Shown here: positions 8,119 to 18,468 of the stretch, piece after piece
Numbering within the stretch: the stretch's first letter is position 1
How the letters are laid out: every line of letters starts with the position of its first letter
Source of the DNA: a virus
Lineage: Duplodnaviria > Heunggongvirae > Uroviricota > Caudoviricetes
Length of the DNA: 64,000 nucleotides
Strand: one strand, 5' to 3'
Virus record (IMG/VR): IMGVR_UViG_3300031133_000383
Coordinates: 186,635 to 250,634 of that record
The notes under the pieces: model-generated
What the model was told of the DNA's origin: nothing
Database searches by the model: none
What the model saw: the letters and a program-made list of their open reading frames with translations, nothing else
Position numbers and translations under genes: made by a program

Positions 8119-9309
8119 ATGTCTTATCCAATTATTATGCATGGCTCAGAAAACTCTTTGGATGTTGACGCTTATGTCATTATTCCTGAACCTTTGTCAT
8201 TACAAGATGCTAAACGCCTTTGTGACTCTTACAAAGATATTAACGCAAACCTTTTGTCGGTAAAAAATGGCGTCGTTGATTGGTGTTATAAAGGAACAGT
8301 TGATGAATGTAACAATTCAATTCTGGCTACCTATGGCCTTCATAAGCAGAAATTTGATATTCCCGTAGAACATGCATTGCCACGTTCTTACGCATTGAAA
8401 ATGATTAGAACTGTTCGAGGCTTGTTGTCTTATCATTCTCGAACAGAAAAAAGAGAGGATGTTAAAAAAGCACTGCAAACTAACGATATGCTTATGAAAC
8501 TGGATGTACTTTCATCGATTGATTTGAGAAGTGTTGATGACTATCAAAAAACTTCAATTACAGAAACCTATAAGTTTTTTGCATTTCAGTTGGGGCAAAC
8601 AATGGCTTTGCTCAAAGACGGTGTTGAACTTTTTACAAAAAACCAAGTGGGTGAATATTACCCGGAATTGCAAGTCTATCTGCAACGTCAAGAAGGTGTC
8701 GCACCTGATGCCTTACAAGATTTTTGGGCGGGCTTTGCGTCCTATTTGAAAGAAACTGTTCGTAAAGTTGAAAAACATGATTTGTTTGCAACTGACTATC
8801 AAGGTGTTAGAGAAGTATTTGATTGCAAGAAAGAATTTGTTTTGCCACCAGTGGTCGTATTTGATATTGATGGTACATTACTTGATGAAAAACACCGAGC
8901 AGAACATAGAGAGAAGAAAGATTGGGATACTTACTTTGATTTGTGTCATCTGGATACGCCTATTCAACACATTGTCGATTTGACTAAAGAATATCGTAAA
9001 AAGGGATATGAAATTTGGTTGATGAGTGGGCGAGTAGATCGTATTATGGATAAAACTATTCAGTCTATGGTAACATGTGGTGCATGTTACGATCATATCA
9101 AATTACGAAGTCCTGAAAATAGAGTTCCTGATTTTGTAATTAAGCCTTCATGGATCAGTAAGTATATCGGTCTTGAGCGTGTCGAAGCTGTATACGATGA
9201 TACAGATCGAGTAATTGAAGGTTTTCGTAAAAAAGGATTAAATGTCATTGATGTTAAAGAACTCACACCTATACCTGTTCCAGTCAAGAAATCAAAAATG
9301 AAGCCTTGA
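8119..9309 (+). CDS. Two-domain protein: uncharacterised N-terminal domain plus C-terminal HAD-superfamily phosphatase (polynucleotide-kinase-phosphatase-like)
   Basis: ATG 8119 follows AAAAGGAA. The track start at 8077 would include the TTTGCTATAAT promoter. HAD motif I is VVVFDIDGTLLDE, motif II is WLMSGR and motif IV is VYDDTDRV. Confidence 0.6.
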   Translation: MSYPIIMHGSENSLDVDAYVIIPEPLSLQDAKRLCDSYKDINANLLSVKNGVVDWCYKGTVDECNNSILATYGLHKQKFDIPVEHALPRSYALKMIRTVRGLLSYHSRTEKREDVKKALQTNDMLMKLDVLSSIDLRSVDDYQKTSITETYKFFAFQLGQTMALLKDGVELFTKNQVGEYYPELQVYLQRQEGVAPDALQDFWAGFASYLKETVRKVEKHDLFATDYQGVREVFDCKKEFVLPPVVVFDIDGTLLDEKHRAEHREKKDWDTYFDLCHLDTPIQHIVDLTKEYRKKGYEIWLMSGRVDRIMDKTIQSMVTCGACYDHIKLRSPENRVPDFVIKPSWISKYIGLERVEAVYDDTDRVIEGFRKKGLNVIDVKELTPIPVPVKKSKMKP

Positions 9310-9417
9310 TATTAACCTATTGCGAATTGTAATGATTAACTAACTAATTCAATGTAGTTGGTTTTTTATTACAATTATGCAAAAATACTGATGTTTATTA
9401 TTCTTGGAGAATTTAAA

Positions 9418-10446
9418 TTGATACACGCTTATGACTTAATCTTCTCCCACGTTAAATCATTCTATGACTTGGACAATCATACTCCAATTATCAAAACTGT
9501 GTCTAAACTTTACATTCTTGAAAGAACTGCAAGAGATTATACTTTTATCCAAGAACTTTTGGCACCTGCATGTAGTGAATCGAACATTTCGAAAATAAAA
9601 CAGATGTCTTCATTGTTTGATTTGCTTCACCATGTTGACTATGAATATTCAACAACGAAAAACTCAGAATTAAGAATTGAAGTTTATGAACATGGTATTG
9701 TACAAGTTTCATTTGGTAATATTCTTTATTTTTCAATTTCAAAAACCTCTAAAACCAATCCAGAGAATATGCTCTTTGCATCAAAAAAATCTTTCACAAT
9801 TGATAGCTTTATCAATGATGATATATTTGATAAAATTTACTCTGATAATTTAGATCATTTATCTAAATATGTTAATCCTGACATCACATTTAAATTATTT
9901 AATGAGATAGATAAAAAAACACTTGATGAAGTTAGAGTGGAGAACTTGGAAAATAAAGACATCATTTATTACAGTCTGGATAAAGAAAAATGCCTTTTTG
10001 ATGATTTTGAAGGCGATCATAATGAATTTTTTCATCCATTAAAAAAGATTTTTAGTAATAATCTTTTAAGCCAAGTTAAATCTATTGAAGCATTACTTCG
10101 TTTTGAATCTGACCTAAAATATGGAAAAATTGCTTACGAATTAGAATTCAATTATAGTCTATCTAAATATAAGTTTCGAACGCCCACTAATTTGTATGTA
10201 ATACTTTTTAATTATGATTACGAACTTGATTTAAGAACAACGCTTTATTTTAAATTTAAAAATAATGAAATAAGATATATTGAACTTGATCTTGGGTTTA
10301 ACGAAACAATCGATGTATCAGGATACGAAGCTATTTATGCTTATCTTCATAATCGCATAAAAGAGCTTATCGTTTCTAAATTAGGAATAACAGCGGAAGA
10401 TATTACAAATCAATCAATCTTACTTTATAAAATGTTATCAATTTAA
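9418..10446 (+). CDS. Hypothetical protein, C-terminal-tail paralog family
   Basis: TTG at 9418 lies 8 nt after GGAG (9406-9409). Putative promoter is TTGGTT, 17-nt spacer, TGcAAAAAT (9358-9386). ATG 9391 or TTG 9358 are alternative starts. C-terminus is ...ITAEDITNQSILLYKMLSI. Confidence 0.6.
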   Translation: MIHAYDLIFSHVKSFYDLDNHTPIIKTVSKLYILERTARDYTFIQELLAPACSESNISKIKQMSSLFDLLHHVDYEYSTTKNSELRIEVYEHGIVQVSFGNILYFSISKTSKTNPENMLFASKKSFTIDSFINDDIFDKIYSDNLDHLSKYVNPDITFKLFNEIDKKTLDEVRVENLENKDIIYYSLDKEKCLFDDFEGDHNEFFHPLKKIFSNNLLSQVKSIEALLRFESDLKYGKIAYELEFNYSLSKYKFRTPTNLYVILFNYDYELDLRTTLYFKFKNNEIRYIELDLGFNETIDVSGYEAIYAYLHNRIKELIVSKLGITAEDITNQSILLYKMLSI

Positions 10447-10652
10447 AATTATAGTTAACATAAAAAAATCCCTTTATAGGTATTTTTTCATAATTCATTT
10501 ATAAAAAAATTAAAATCTTTTCCTTGATAATCTATGTTATTCTTTCTATATAAATTCATTAAGAAAACTTAATTGGCTTTTTTTTCAATGTTATCTATTA
10601 TTAACAGACAGTATAGTGTATAATTGGTATATCATTCACAGGAAATCTCATT

Positions 10653-11090
10653 ATGTCTTCATCATTTATTGATAACGAAAAAAAACTAAGCAGCATGGCT
10701 GATGAATTGGGTTTAATCAAAGCCTTGTTCTTTACGCTTTCGGCTGTACTTTATTTTGTTTTGGACTATCATCTATTCAGATGCTTTTATTTGATTGCGA
10801 TGGTGTATCTTATAGGATCAAATATTTTTGTATATTTTTTAATGTTTAATTTCAAGTCTATTCCACAAAAGGCACAAGAAGCCATGTCTTCTGCTTGTGT
10901 CACATCTTCCAAATTAACGTTAAGTTTCTTTTCGTATTATATAATCATAGCGATTGGTATTTTTACACCTTTCTTCTTGGGAGGACAAGAGATTTCTAAA
11001 ACCGCTTCAATTGTATTATTTTTCTTGGAGCTTCTAGTTGTTGTAAAAATGTTTTCTATGTCTAAGAAAATAAAAAAAGAAGACTTTTAG
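10653..11090 (+). CDS. Small integral membrane protein (about 4 hydrophobic segments)
   Basis: AGGAA RBS; TGTATAAT promoter near 10617-10624. Hydrophobic stretches include LIKALFFTLSAVLYFVL, YLIAMVYLIGSNIFVYFLMF, FFSYYIIIAIGIFTPFF and IVLFFLELLVVV. Confidence 0.7.
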   Translation: MSSSFIDNEKKLSSMADELGLIKALFFTLSAVLYFVLDYHLFRCFYLIAMVYLIGSNIFVYFLMFNFKSIPQKAQEAMSSACVTSSKLTLSFFSYYIIIAIGIFTPFFLGGQEISKTASIVLFFLELLVVVKMFSMSKKIKKEDF

Positions 11091-12175
11091 TCTTCTTCTC
11101 TTTCAATTTCTAAACCATCATCCAAAAATTTTCCTCTGATTCTGCGATCTTTAATAAGATCTTCCTTTACCTCACCGATTCTGATTGGATAACGACTGTT
11201 TTTATCTACATTTGCTAGAATATGGTCCCATTCTTTTTTCTCATAATCGTAATGTTGAATAATAGAATCAAACGCACCCTCTGCTATTTTGATCTCTTTG
11301 ATATCTCCATTTTCTTCTTGTTCAACCTCATCTTCTTCGCCAACAACCGTCAATTTTGTTTTTTGATTGTTTTCTTGTTGGTCTATGTCATCATCACTGA
11401 TATCATCTAATTGTGCAATACTCTCCAATATTCTTTCTTTTGATATTGCAGCACACTGTGGTGAACTGTAAAAAAGTCCATGTACAAAAACAGATTCAAG
11501 TAATTCCAACACATCGAAACTGGTATCATTTTTTGTTTCGGCATAAATCATATAATCTTTTACATAAATACCGTCTACCGATTCATCTATAATGGGTTTG
11601 CATGTATCTATCTTAACTTTATGTACAATAAATGATGTTATTCTGTTAATAACAAGCGGTACATTTTTTATCTCATCAATAGAACAGTTTGACATTGAAT
11701 AGTTGCTGGCATCTCCATCTTTGTAACCACAAATATCCAACATGGAATCAATTTCGAAAGTGTTGAGCATTACGGGATCTTTGGGTGTATTCAACCAGTC
11801 AAAAAAATCAATATCATCAGGCTTTTCACCAAAATCTATGTCTCGTTGTACATACACAAGTTTTTTTATCTCAACTCTGTCAAAAACATTATCAACAACC
11901 TCAGCAGGCTTTCTGACAGCATCTACATAGGCTTTGACATTACGATCCACAATATCACCTGCAATTTCTGCCCATGGCTCAAGAGCCATAATAAATGAAC
12001 CCATTGTAGATCCCTTTTCTATCACGGCACTTTTACGAATGTTTTGAAGAAAACAACGTGAGGCTGATAACTCTTGTTGTTGTTGAATCAAAATTAAGGG
12101 AACACTGTTGTTCTCGTCTGAGCTAGATTTGAATCTTAGAATACCATCGTTACAAAAAATTAATTGACCATCCAT
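11087..12175 (-). CDS. Hypothetical acidic protein
   Basis: 362-aa ORF. Converges on and overlaps 10653-11090 by 4 nt. Acidic C-terminal third (DDISDDDIDQQEN.., GEEDEVEQEENG). No motif recognised. Confidence 0.65.
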   Translation of the reverse strand: MDGQLIFCNDGILRFKSSSDENNSVPLILIQQQQELSASRCFLQNIRKSAVIEKGSTMGSFIMALEPWAEIAGDIVDRNVKAYVDAVRKPAEVVDNVFDRVEIKKLVYVQRDIDFGEKPDDIDFFDWLNTPKDPVMLNTFEIDSMLDICGYKDGDASNYSMSNCSIDEIKNVPLVINRITSFIVHKVKIDTCKPIIDESVDGIYVKDYMIYAETKNDTSFDVLELLESVFVHGLFYSSPQCAAISKERILESIAQLDDISDDDIDQQENNQKTKLTVVGEEDEVEQEENGDIKEIKIAEGAFDSIIQHYDYEKKEWDHILANVDKNSRYPIRIGEVKEDLIKDRRIRGKFLDDGLEIEREED

Positions 12176-12306
12176 AATAGGTACACCTCATAAAGTTCGT
12201 CCATTGTATAGTATTTTTTTTATGTCGTCAACGTTAATTATTATTGCTGTTTTTTTTATATTATGCTATTATACACTTCAACCTGATGACACTAGAGGAC
12301 TCAATA

Positions 12307-12465
12307 ATGAAAAGTAGCCTGCAAGCAGATATGGAAGAATCGCAACTTTCTGATACCGATATTGACGATTTGGATTATGATGTCAAAGAAGCTCACTCTG
12401 CTTCAAAATGGGTAGAAGTTGAGGTTGTTTGTTCAGAATCGTTTAAATCAGCCAAGAATATTTAA
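12307..12465 (+). CDS. Small acidic hypothetical protein (52 aa)
   Basis: ATG 12307 after AGAGGA. The track start at 12244 would include the promoter TATGCTATTATAC. Stop lies 1 nt before the next ATG. Confidence 0.5.
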   Translation: MKSSLQADMEESQLSDTDIDDLDYDVKEAHSASKWVEVEVVCSESFKSAKNI

Positions 12466-12466
12466 C

Positions 12467-13174
12467 ATGATTGATTTAACACTTAATAAGATATTGAGAA
12501 TTGATAGTCTTAATATTCAAACCTACACGAATTCAAATAAATTTGAAGAGTTATTTGAATTTAATGAATTCTCGAATATTAAATGTTATGTTGATTATAC
12601 TCATTTTTTGGATTTATTGAAATCGAATAATTTTACAATATCAACACAAAAAAATGATTTTATTATTGCAGAAACAGCAGCATTCAAAATCAGATTTGTG
12701 TTGGGTGATTATTATTCATCTCATGATGAATCAAAAACTACGATTAAGCATGATGATAATGATACATTTTTTTTCATCAAAGATATCTGGTTCAAGGATA
12801 TCAATCATAAAATTTCACATATCCATTTCGATGAAAGAGTCCAAGTTGATGGTGTTTTTTTCAATAATGATAAAAGTCATAAAGCACTTCAGAGTATTCA
12901 GTATTACAAGGGGGCCAGTAATGCATTAAAACTAATTCAACATGAATACTACGATAATACTGCTCACGGATGCTATCTTTCTCATGTTCAGATGTGTGGT
13001 GTGATTGTCACAAATATTCATTATTCAATCGATGGTCGTCAACATAGCCTTTCACGTTTATTGGAAATTGTTGATAAAGAAGCAACAGTAGATCCCTTTA
13101 TGAAAAATTTTGAAGATCTTTTTGATATTTTTACTTTTGATGAAATTAAAATCCTAAAGATGTATAATTACTAA
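12467..13174 (+). CDS. Hypothetical protein, C-terminal-tail paralog family
   Basis: ATG 12467 immediately follows the upstream TAA (coupled). C-terminus is ...FTFDEIKILKMYNY. Confidence 0.7.
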   Translation: MIDLTLNKILRIDSLNIQTYTNSNKFEELFEFNEFSNIKCYVDYTHFLDLLKSNNFTISTQKNDFIIAETAAFKIRFVLGDYYSSHDESKTTIKHDDNDTFFFIKDIWFKDINHKISHIHFDERVQVDGVFFNNDKSHKALQSIQYYKGASNALKLIQHEYYDNTAHGCYLSHVQMCGVIVTNIHYSIDGRQHSLSRLLEIVDKEATVDPFMKNFEDLFDIFTFDEIKILKMYNY

Positions 13175-13941
13175 CGAAAGAAGTCACCCATCAGATGAAT
13201 CTGCCTGTTGACCAGTTCAGGTTCATTTTTATAGGTAACTTTGTATTCAATCAGTTTGCTAATAATAAAATCATGAGCAATCTCTTTGTTGTCAAAAATA
13301 TACACGTCTTCATTATTATATTGATATATACCATCTTTTATTTCAAAATTTATGAATTTTTGCTGTATATCTAAGTTATTGAAAATATGCGTATGAATAT
13401 CGATTCTGTTTTCATTTACATGAATATTTAATGACTCCACAAAAGATCGATAATATTTTATAACTGGTTTATTTCTTAAATCAAAAAACAATATTGTGTC
13501 GTATTCTTTTAGTTTGCTATCAAATATTTTCACTTCGTCTTCTATATACTGAATTGTGATATGGCCTTTCTGAATATCATGATTTTGTTGTTCTGATTTT
13601 TTTAATATATCTTCATGCCATTTTATTTTTTGATTTTTTCTTTTATTGAACAAGTTCAATTCTGCAACAAAATAGTCTATTTTGCTGTATTTACTTAATT
13701 CTTCTGTATGATAATGATACATCATATTAAAATCATCACGACTCTTTTTTTGACAGTATAAAATTGCTTGATCCAGTGATTTAAAAATATTTTCTGCTTG
13801 TAGTTTGACTTGCCCTAAATTCTCTGTAATAACTACTGCTTGAAAACCTTCATAATTGGCTTCATACTGAACATTATAATAAGTGCCGTATTGATCAATA
13901 GCTTTATCTCTGCTAATTACAATGTAATTTTCATTTGTCAT
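13171..13941 (-). CDS. Hypothetical protein
   Basis: 256-aa ORF convergent with 12467-13174 (4-nt overlap). No motif recognised. Confidence 0.65.
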   Translation of the reverse strand: MTNENYIVISRDKAIDQYGTYYNVQYEANYEGFQAVVITENLGQVKLQAENIFKSLDQAILYCQKKSRDDFNMMYHYHTEELSKYSKIDYFVAELNLFNKRKNQKIKWHEDILKKSEQQNHDIQKGHITIQYIEDEVKIFDSKLKEYDTILFFDLRNKPVIKYYRSFVESLNIHVNENRIDIHTHIFNNLDIQQKFINFEIKDGIYQYNNEDVYIFDNKEIAHDFIISKLIEYKVTYKNEPELVNRQIHLMGDFFR

Positions 13942-14004
13942 TATTATTTCCTCAAATCCGACTAATTATAACTTTTAAAATTATAAAATCAACCTCCAAA
14001 ACAA

Positions 14005-14433
14005 TTAATGAATCTCATTGTCCACTAAAGCAACTAGACAATATTTTTGGTATTTGACTGCCGCATCATACAGAGTGGCAATATCTAAATAATTGAAAAT
14101 ATCATTATCAAAATATATTGAATCGAACCTAGATTCAATGTCTTCATTATAAAATAATTCATATTGATTTAATTGATTTTCAATAACTGCAATAAAATAC
14201 TCAATCGATTCTATCTTAAAATGACAGAGCATTTTGTGTAAATGATTATAGAATTCATCAAACGCTTCATCTCCAAAAGCCATTTCATTAAAATCATCTT
14301 GACTCATTGTATCATAACTCCATGCACTCCATACCCGAGTGCAAGAATAACATCTTTTGAATGTTGATTGCATTTGAATATCAAATTCATTTTTGGCTAA
14401 TTCTTTTTTGACAATATATTCTCGATCTTTCAT
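14005..14433 (-). CDS. Hypothetical protein
   Basis: 142-aa ORF in the same orientation as 13171-13941. Divergent promoter region at 14434-14551. Confidence 0.6.
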   Translation of the reverse strand: MKDREYIVKKELAKNEFDIQMQSTFKRCYSCTRVWSAWSYDTMSQDDFNEMAFGDEAFDEFYNHLHKMLCHFKIESIEYFIAVIENQLNQYELFYNEDIESRFDSIYFDNDIFNYLDIATLYDAAVKYQKYCLVALVDNEIH

Positions 14434-14551
14434 AATTATAAACCTTAAAAAAAAGCATTATACCAGATTTTATACACAAATAAAAGATTGATTTTCAATG
14501 TCCTTTATGATATATTAATAGCCTTGCATTTAGATAAAAAGGAAATAATCG

Positions 14552-14986
14552 ATGAAAAATACAAACGCTGATTGGGTTTCATTGATAAAGTCGAGACAAC
14601 GCTTTGATTTGACTGGTGGTAATATTGAAACGTATCTTGTTGACACTTTAAACGCTATTAACGCTTCTACGCTCGTAGATGAAAGTGCCGAAATATTCAT
14701 GGAAAACATAGGGCATGTACTACCTTTTAGAATTTTACAAAGTTTCAGTACCACAGAAGTCAATCGCCTTTTCAATAAGCATGATTTTGAAAATGTAATA
14801 AAACTGTTTTTTAGTCAATACCATCAACTGGCATTGGATTATACAAAAACAAAGCGTATAAGTGCAATTCAATATGCTGTTTTTCAAAAGTTTCTGTTAT
14901 TTAAAAGTGTTGAAGAATCAGTAGATATTGATAAGAAACGATTTCTGTTGACGCTTAAAAGAAGTAAGAATCGTAAAGATGATTAA
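14552..14986 (+). CDS. Hypothetical protein
   Basis: ATG after AAAAGGAA; 144 aa. The overlapping minus ORF 14530-14775 has no RBS. Confidence 0.65.
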   Translation: MKNTNADWVSLIKSRQRFDLTGGNIETYLVDTLNAINASTLVDESAEIFMENIGHVLPFRILQSFSTTEVNRLFNKHDFENVIKLFFSQYHQLALDYTKTKRISAIQYAVFQKFLLFKSVEESVDIDKKRFLLTLKRSKNRKDD

Positions 14987-15030
14987 TGTACCTTAATTAA
15001 CTAATCATTTGAAATTGTGGAGAAACAGAT

Positions 15031-16266
15031 ATGATTGACGTTAGACAAAATGAATTTGGTAAAAAAGTGGCAAGAAATCTGGCTCCTATTCTGGTTTCAC
15101 TGGTGCAGAATTCTGAACTTTTTTACAGAATCCACCATGATACTGATTTGATTTTCGAATCCAAAATCAATTATAAAAATAGGTATTATATTGTCAAAAT
15201 TGATAATCGTATCACTGTTTCAAGGCAATCTAAATATGACAAAGATGTTTTGGATGACATTTTTGCAACACCCGCTTTGTTCAATAAGGCTTCACCAGTC
15301 ACTCAAAAAGATTATGAGATGGTTGTTGAATATGTATTTTTTATTAATGATACAGAGGCTTTTGCTGAATTCTTTTCTGATATGAACATTGATGATATTA
15401 AACCTTATTACTATTTAATGGACTCAGCAACCCAACTTTATAATGATTTAATGTTGATGGATCTTGAAAGCATCTTTAAATGTAGTCAGCGTTTTTCAAA
15501 AAGTATTAACTTATTTAGTGGAACTCAATATATTCATAAACATATTATAGATAATAAGGAGACGCTTACCTTTGTGGACACTTCAAGGGTAGTCGAAGAA
15601 TTTATTATCTATGAAAAAAATCCAGACAATGGTCATATCAATGTTTATCGTGAATTGGTAGCCAATATTGATCCGAACGTATTTAAAATGAACACTATTG
15701 TCGTAAGTAAGTATAAAAATCTCATTGAACATTGTATCAAGACCCTTGTGCCAAAGTTAATAGTAAAAGATAAAAAGATAATTAAAAACTCTGACTCCAC
15801 TATTATTAAAGTAACAGATGATTTGGCTATTGATTTAAACAATAAATATAAAATAGTAACACAGACAGTGTTTGACAAAAGTCATTTACCAACAATTATG
15901 GATTATCTGTCATATGACAATATTAACTTATTGTATGGTTACGCATTATGGTCTAGTGGGCGAGGAAAATGGGTCAAGGGAAAAAGGGGGTTTTACATCG
16001 TTTTTTCAGACTCTGACGTTCTTAGAGTCAAAAGAATGACTCCCATGCAAATAAACAGCAATAATCTTGGGTATATTGCAAGCACTTCGGAAAACTGTGT
16101 GATGTCCAATATTCCAGAAGGTGTTATTGATCCCGATTGGTGTGAACTGGTTCGAAAATCTTATTGGTTTATGTATCATAATTATGATAAAATCCCTGTT
16201 TGTGATGTTGATGAATTACTTTTGGATAAAGTAGGTCATCAACTTGAAAGGTTATCTATTATCTAA
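15031..16266 (+). CDS. Hypothetical protein
   Basis: ATG after GTGGAGA; 411 aa. No motif recognised. Confidence 0.7.
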   Translation: MIDVRQNEFGKKVARNLAPILVSLVQNSELFYRIHHDTDLIFESKINYKNRYYIVKIDNRITVSRQSKYDKDVLDDIFATPALFNKASPVTQKDYEMVVEYVFFINDTEAFAEFFSDMNIDDIKPYYYLMDSATQLYNDLMLMDLESIFKCSQRFSKSINLFSGTQYIHKHIIDNKETLTFVDTSRVVEEFIIYEKNPDNGHINVYRELVANIDPNVFKMNTIVVSKYKNLIEHCIKTLVPKLIVKDKKIIKNSDSTIIKVTDDLAIDLNNKYKIVTQTVFDKSHLPTIMDYLSYDNINLLYGYALWSSGRGKWVKGKRGFYIVFSDSDVLRVKRMTPMQINSNNLGYIASTSENCVMSNIPEGVIDPDWCELVRKSYWFMYHNYDKIPVCDVDELLLDKVGHQLERLSII

Positions 16267-16276
16267 GGAAACTATC

Positions 16277-16453
16277 ATGCAAGTTAAAAAAGAAAACAAT
16301 ATAGTAACTTTTATACCTGAAAATCAAGCTGAATTTGAGATCTTGCGAGAGATTAAAGAAAAAGGAATTCGTAGAACTTCTTTAAGTCAAAGTTGGGATA
16401 GTAAGCTACAAGAGCTAAATGTCTTTATTCCCGAAAATGATGGATGGGATTAG
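16277..16453 (+). CDS. Small hypothetical protein (58 aa)
   Basis: ATG 16277 lies 7 nt after AAGGA. The track start at 16244 overlaps the preceding gene. Confidence 0.5.
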   Translation: MQVKKENNIVTFIPENQAEFEILREIKEKGIRRTSLSQSWDSKLQELNVFIPENDGWD

Positions 16454-16512
16454 CTTGCTTTTAATGCTATAAATTGGTATAATATGATAAATCAAATGGA
16501 GCCAATAGATAC

Positions 16513-18384
16513 ATGAAACTTACCGAATTTCCATACCCAACTACTGAACCAGAATTTGTCGAATTGCTGACAGATCTCAATGACTGTTATCGAAAACAGC
16601 TTTCAATGTCACCAGTGTTTGGTCTTTTTCCCATTCTTGATGAAGAATATGATGCTTTGGTTGAAGACTTCCGTTCTAAGTTTCCAGAGTCAGCATGGTT
16701 GTCGGAAATTGAAATGGAAGAAGTTGGTGAAAACTATATCATCCATTCAGCACCAATGCTTTCAACTGAGAAAGCTTATTCTGTTGATGATTTGGCTCGT
16801 TGGGCTAAGAAAGTAGAAGACGCCGCAAAAAACCTTCATGTTGAATCAGTGTTCAAAGTAACATGCAAACTTGATGGTTTTGCGGGTGATCACGAATTTG
16901 GCAAATTATCTACTCGGGGTGATGGTGTTAAAGGTAATGATATTACTCATATTTTTGCATCCGGTGTCCTTCATATTGATGGAGTCGATGGACGTGGTGA
17001 AATTGTAGTATCCAAAAGTTATTTTGAAAGCAACTTGAAAGATATCTTTGCCCATCCTCGCAACATGATTGCCAGTGTTGTTTCATCTGATGATATTAAA
17101 GCAGAAACCAAGCAAGTACTTGCTGATGGGGCCGTTCATTTTGTACCTTATTCAACTCTGCCAACCTATGTGGGAACAGCCGATGATATTTTGAAAAATC
17201 TTGAAAAAATCACTACTGATTTGCGAAACAGTGTTGACTATTTGATTGATGGCTTTGTCATTGAATCAACCGTTGCTGAAATCAAAGATTATATGGGCTA
17301 CAATAACCATCACTACAAATGGCAAATCGCTTTCAAAGAACGTGGCGAAAAAGCTCAATCTCCCGTTATTGATATCAAACTTCAAGTCGGACGGACTGGC
17401 ACTGTGACGCCTGTACTGAGCATTCAACCTGTACTCCTTTCTGGTGCATCCATCAGCAGTGTTACGGCTCATCATATGAACAATATTCGCCAAAGTAAAA
17501 TTGGTATTGGTTCTGTTATTGAGATTATTCGCAGTGGTGAAGTGATTCCTAAAATTGAAAGGGTTATTACACAAGCTGAATATGAAATGCCTACTCAATG
17601 CCCTTGCTGTTCAACTGAGTTGCAGTGGGATAGTCATTTCTTGTATTGCCCAAACTCTGCAGGCTGTTCTGAACAAATCAAGCAAACTTTGCTTCATTTC
17701 TTTTCAACTCTCGATAATAATGATGGTTTTGGTGGTAAAACAATCAGTAAATTGGTTGATAGTCAATTCGATACATTGGAAAAAATCTATGCAATGAATG
17801 AGCAAGATTTCTTGATGGCCGGTTTTGGTCCGGGTGAAAGTGTCAATTTGGTAAAAGCCCTAGAAGCAAGTCGTACTACCAAGATTGAAGATTGGAGATT
17901 TCTTGCTGCTTTTGGCATTGCCGATTTGGGTAAAGGAGATTCCAAAAAATTGCTTCAAAACTTTACGTTGGATGCTCTGCATGAAGTAACCGCTGTTAAA
18001 TTGAGCAGTATCAAAGGGTATGGTAAAATCAAAAGTCTGACCATTACAGCAGGTATTGAGAAATACAAGTCTTTGATTGAAACCCTGCGGCCTTTCTTTA
18101 ATCTAGAATTATCTTCAAAAGTTATTATTGATAATGAAAGTCCTTTTTCAGGAAAAAATGTTGTTGTAACAGGAACAATGAAAAAGTTTTCTCGCAAAGA
18201 AATTGAAGCGTTCTTTACTTCAAAGGGAGCTAAAGTACAAAGCAAAGTTAGCAAAACAACCAATTACCTAGTGTATGGCGAAAGTGCTGGTTCGAAGTTT
18301 GATGACGCACAGGCATTAAGGGAAAAAGGAAATCCCATTGAAATTTTGACAGAAGATGAGTTTGTTAATCAGTTTGAAATTTAA
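16513..18384 (+). CDS. ligA: NAD-dependent DNA ligase
   Basis: Adenylation motif TCKLDGFA. Four-Cys zinc finger CPCCSTEL..YCPNSAGC. HhH region. C-terminal BRCT-like GKNVVVTGTMKKFSRKEIEAFFTSKGAKVQSKVSKTTNYLVYGESAGSKFDDA. GGAG RBS and TGGTATAAT promoter. Confidence 0.9.
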   Translation: MKLTEFPYPTTEPEFVELLTDLNDCYRKQLSMSPVFGLFPILDEEYDALVEDFRSKFPESAWLSEIEMEEVGENYIIHSAPMLSTEKAYSVDDLARWAKKVEDAAKNLHVESVFKVTCKLDGFAGDHEFGKLSTRGDGVKGNDITHIFASGVLHIDGVDGRGEIVVSKSYFESNLKDIFAHPRNMIASVVSSDDIKAETKQVLADGAVHFVPYSTLPTYVGTADDILKNLEKITTDLRNSVDYLIDGFVIESTVAEIKDYMGYNNHHYKWQIAFKERGEKAQSPVIDIKLQVGRTGTVTPVLSIQPVLLSGASISSVTAHHMNNIRQSKIGIGSVIEIIRSGEVIPKIERVITQAEYEMPTQCPCCSTELQWDSHFLYCPNSAGCSEQIKQTLLHFFSTLDNNDGFGGKTISKLVDSQFDTLEKIYAMNEQDFLMAGFGPGESVNLVKALEASRTTKIEDWRFLAAFGIADLGKGDSKKLLQNFTLDALHEVTAVKLSSIKGYGKIKSLTITAGIEKYKSLIETLRPFFNLELSSKVIIDNESPFSGKNVVVTGTMKKFSRKEIEAFFTSKGAKVQSKVSKTTNYLVYGESAGSKFDDAQALREKGNPIEILTEDEFVNQFEI

Positions 18385-18387
18385 ATA

Positions 18388-18410
18388 AAGCCACCTACGG
18401 GTGGTTTTCT
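18388..18410 (+). terminator. Intrinsic terminator after ligA
   Basis: AAGCCACC-TACG-GGTGGTTT followed by TCT. Confidence 0.7.
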
Positions 18411-18468
18411 CATTGCTTTAGAGAATAAATTTTGCTATAATTTCATAATATTTTGGAATTCCATAACT

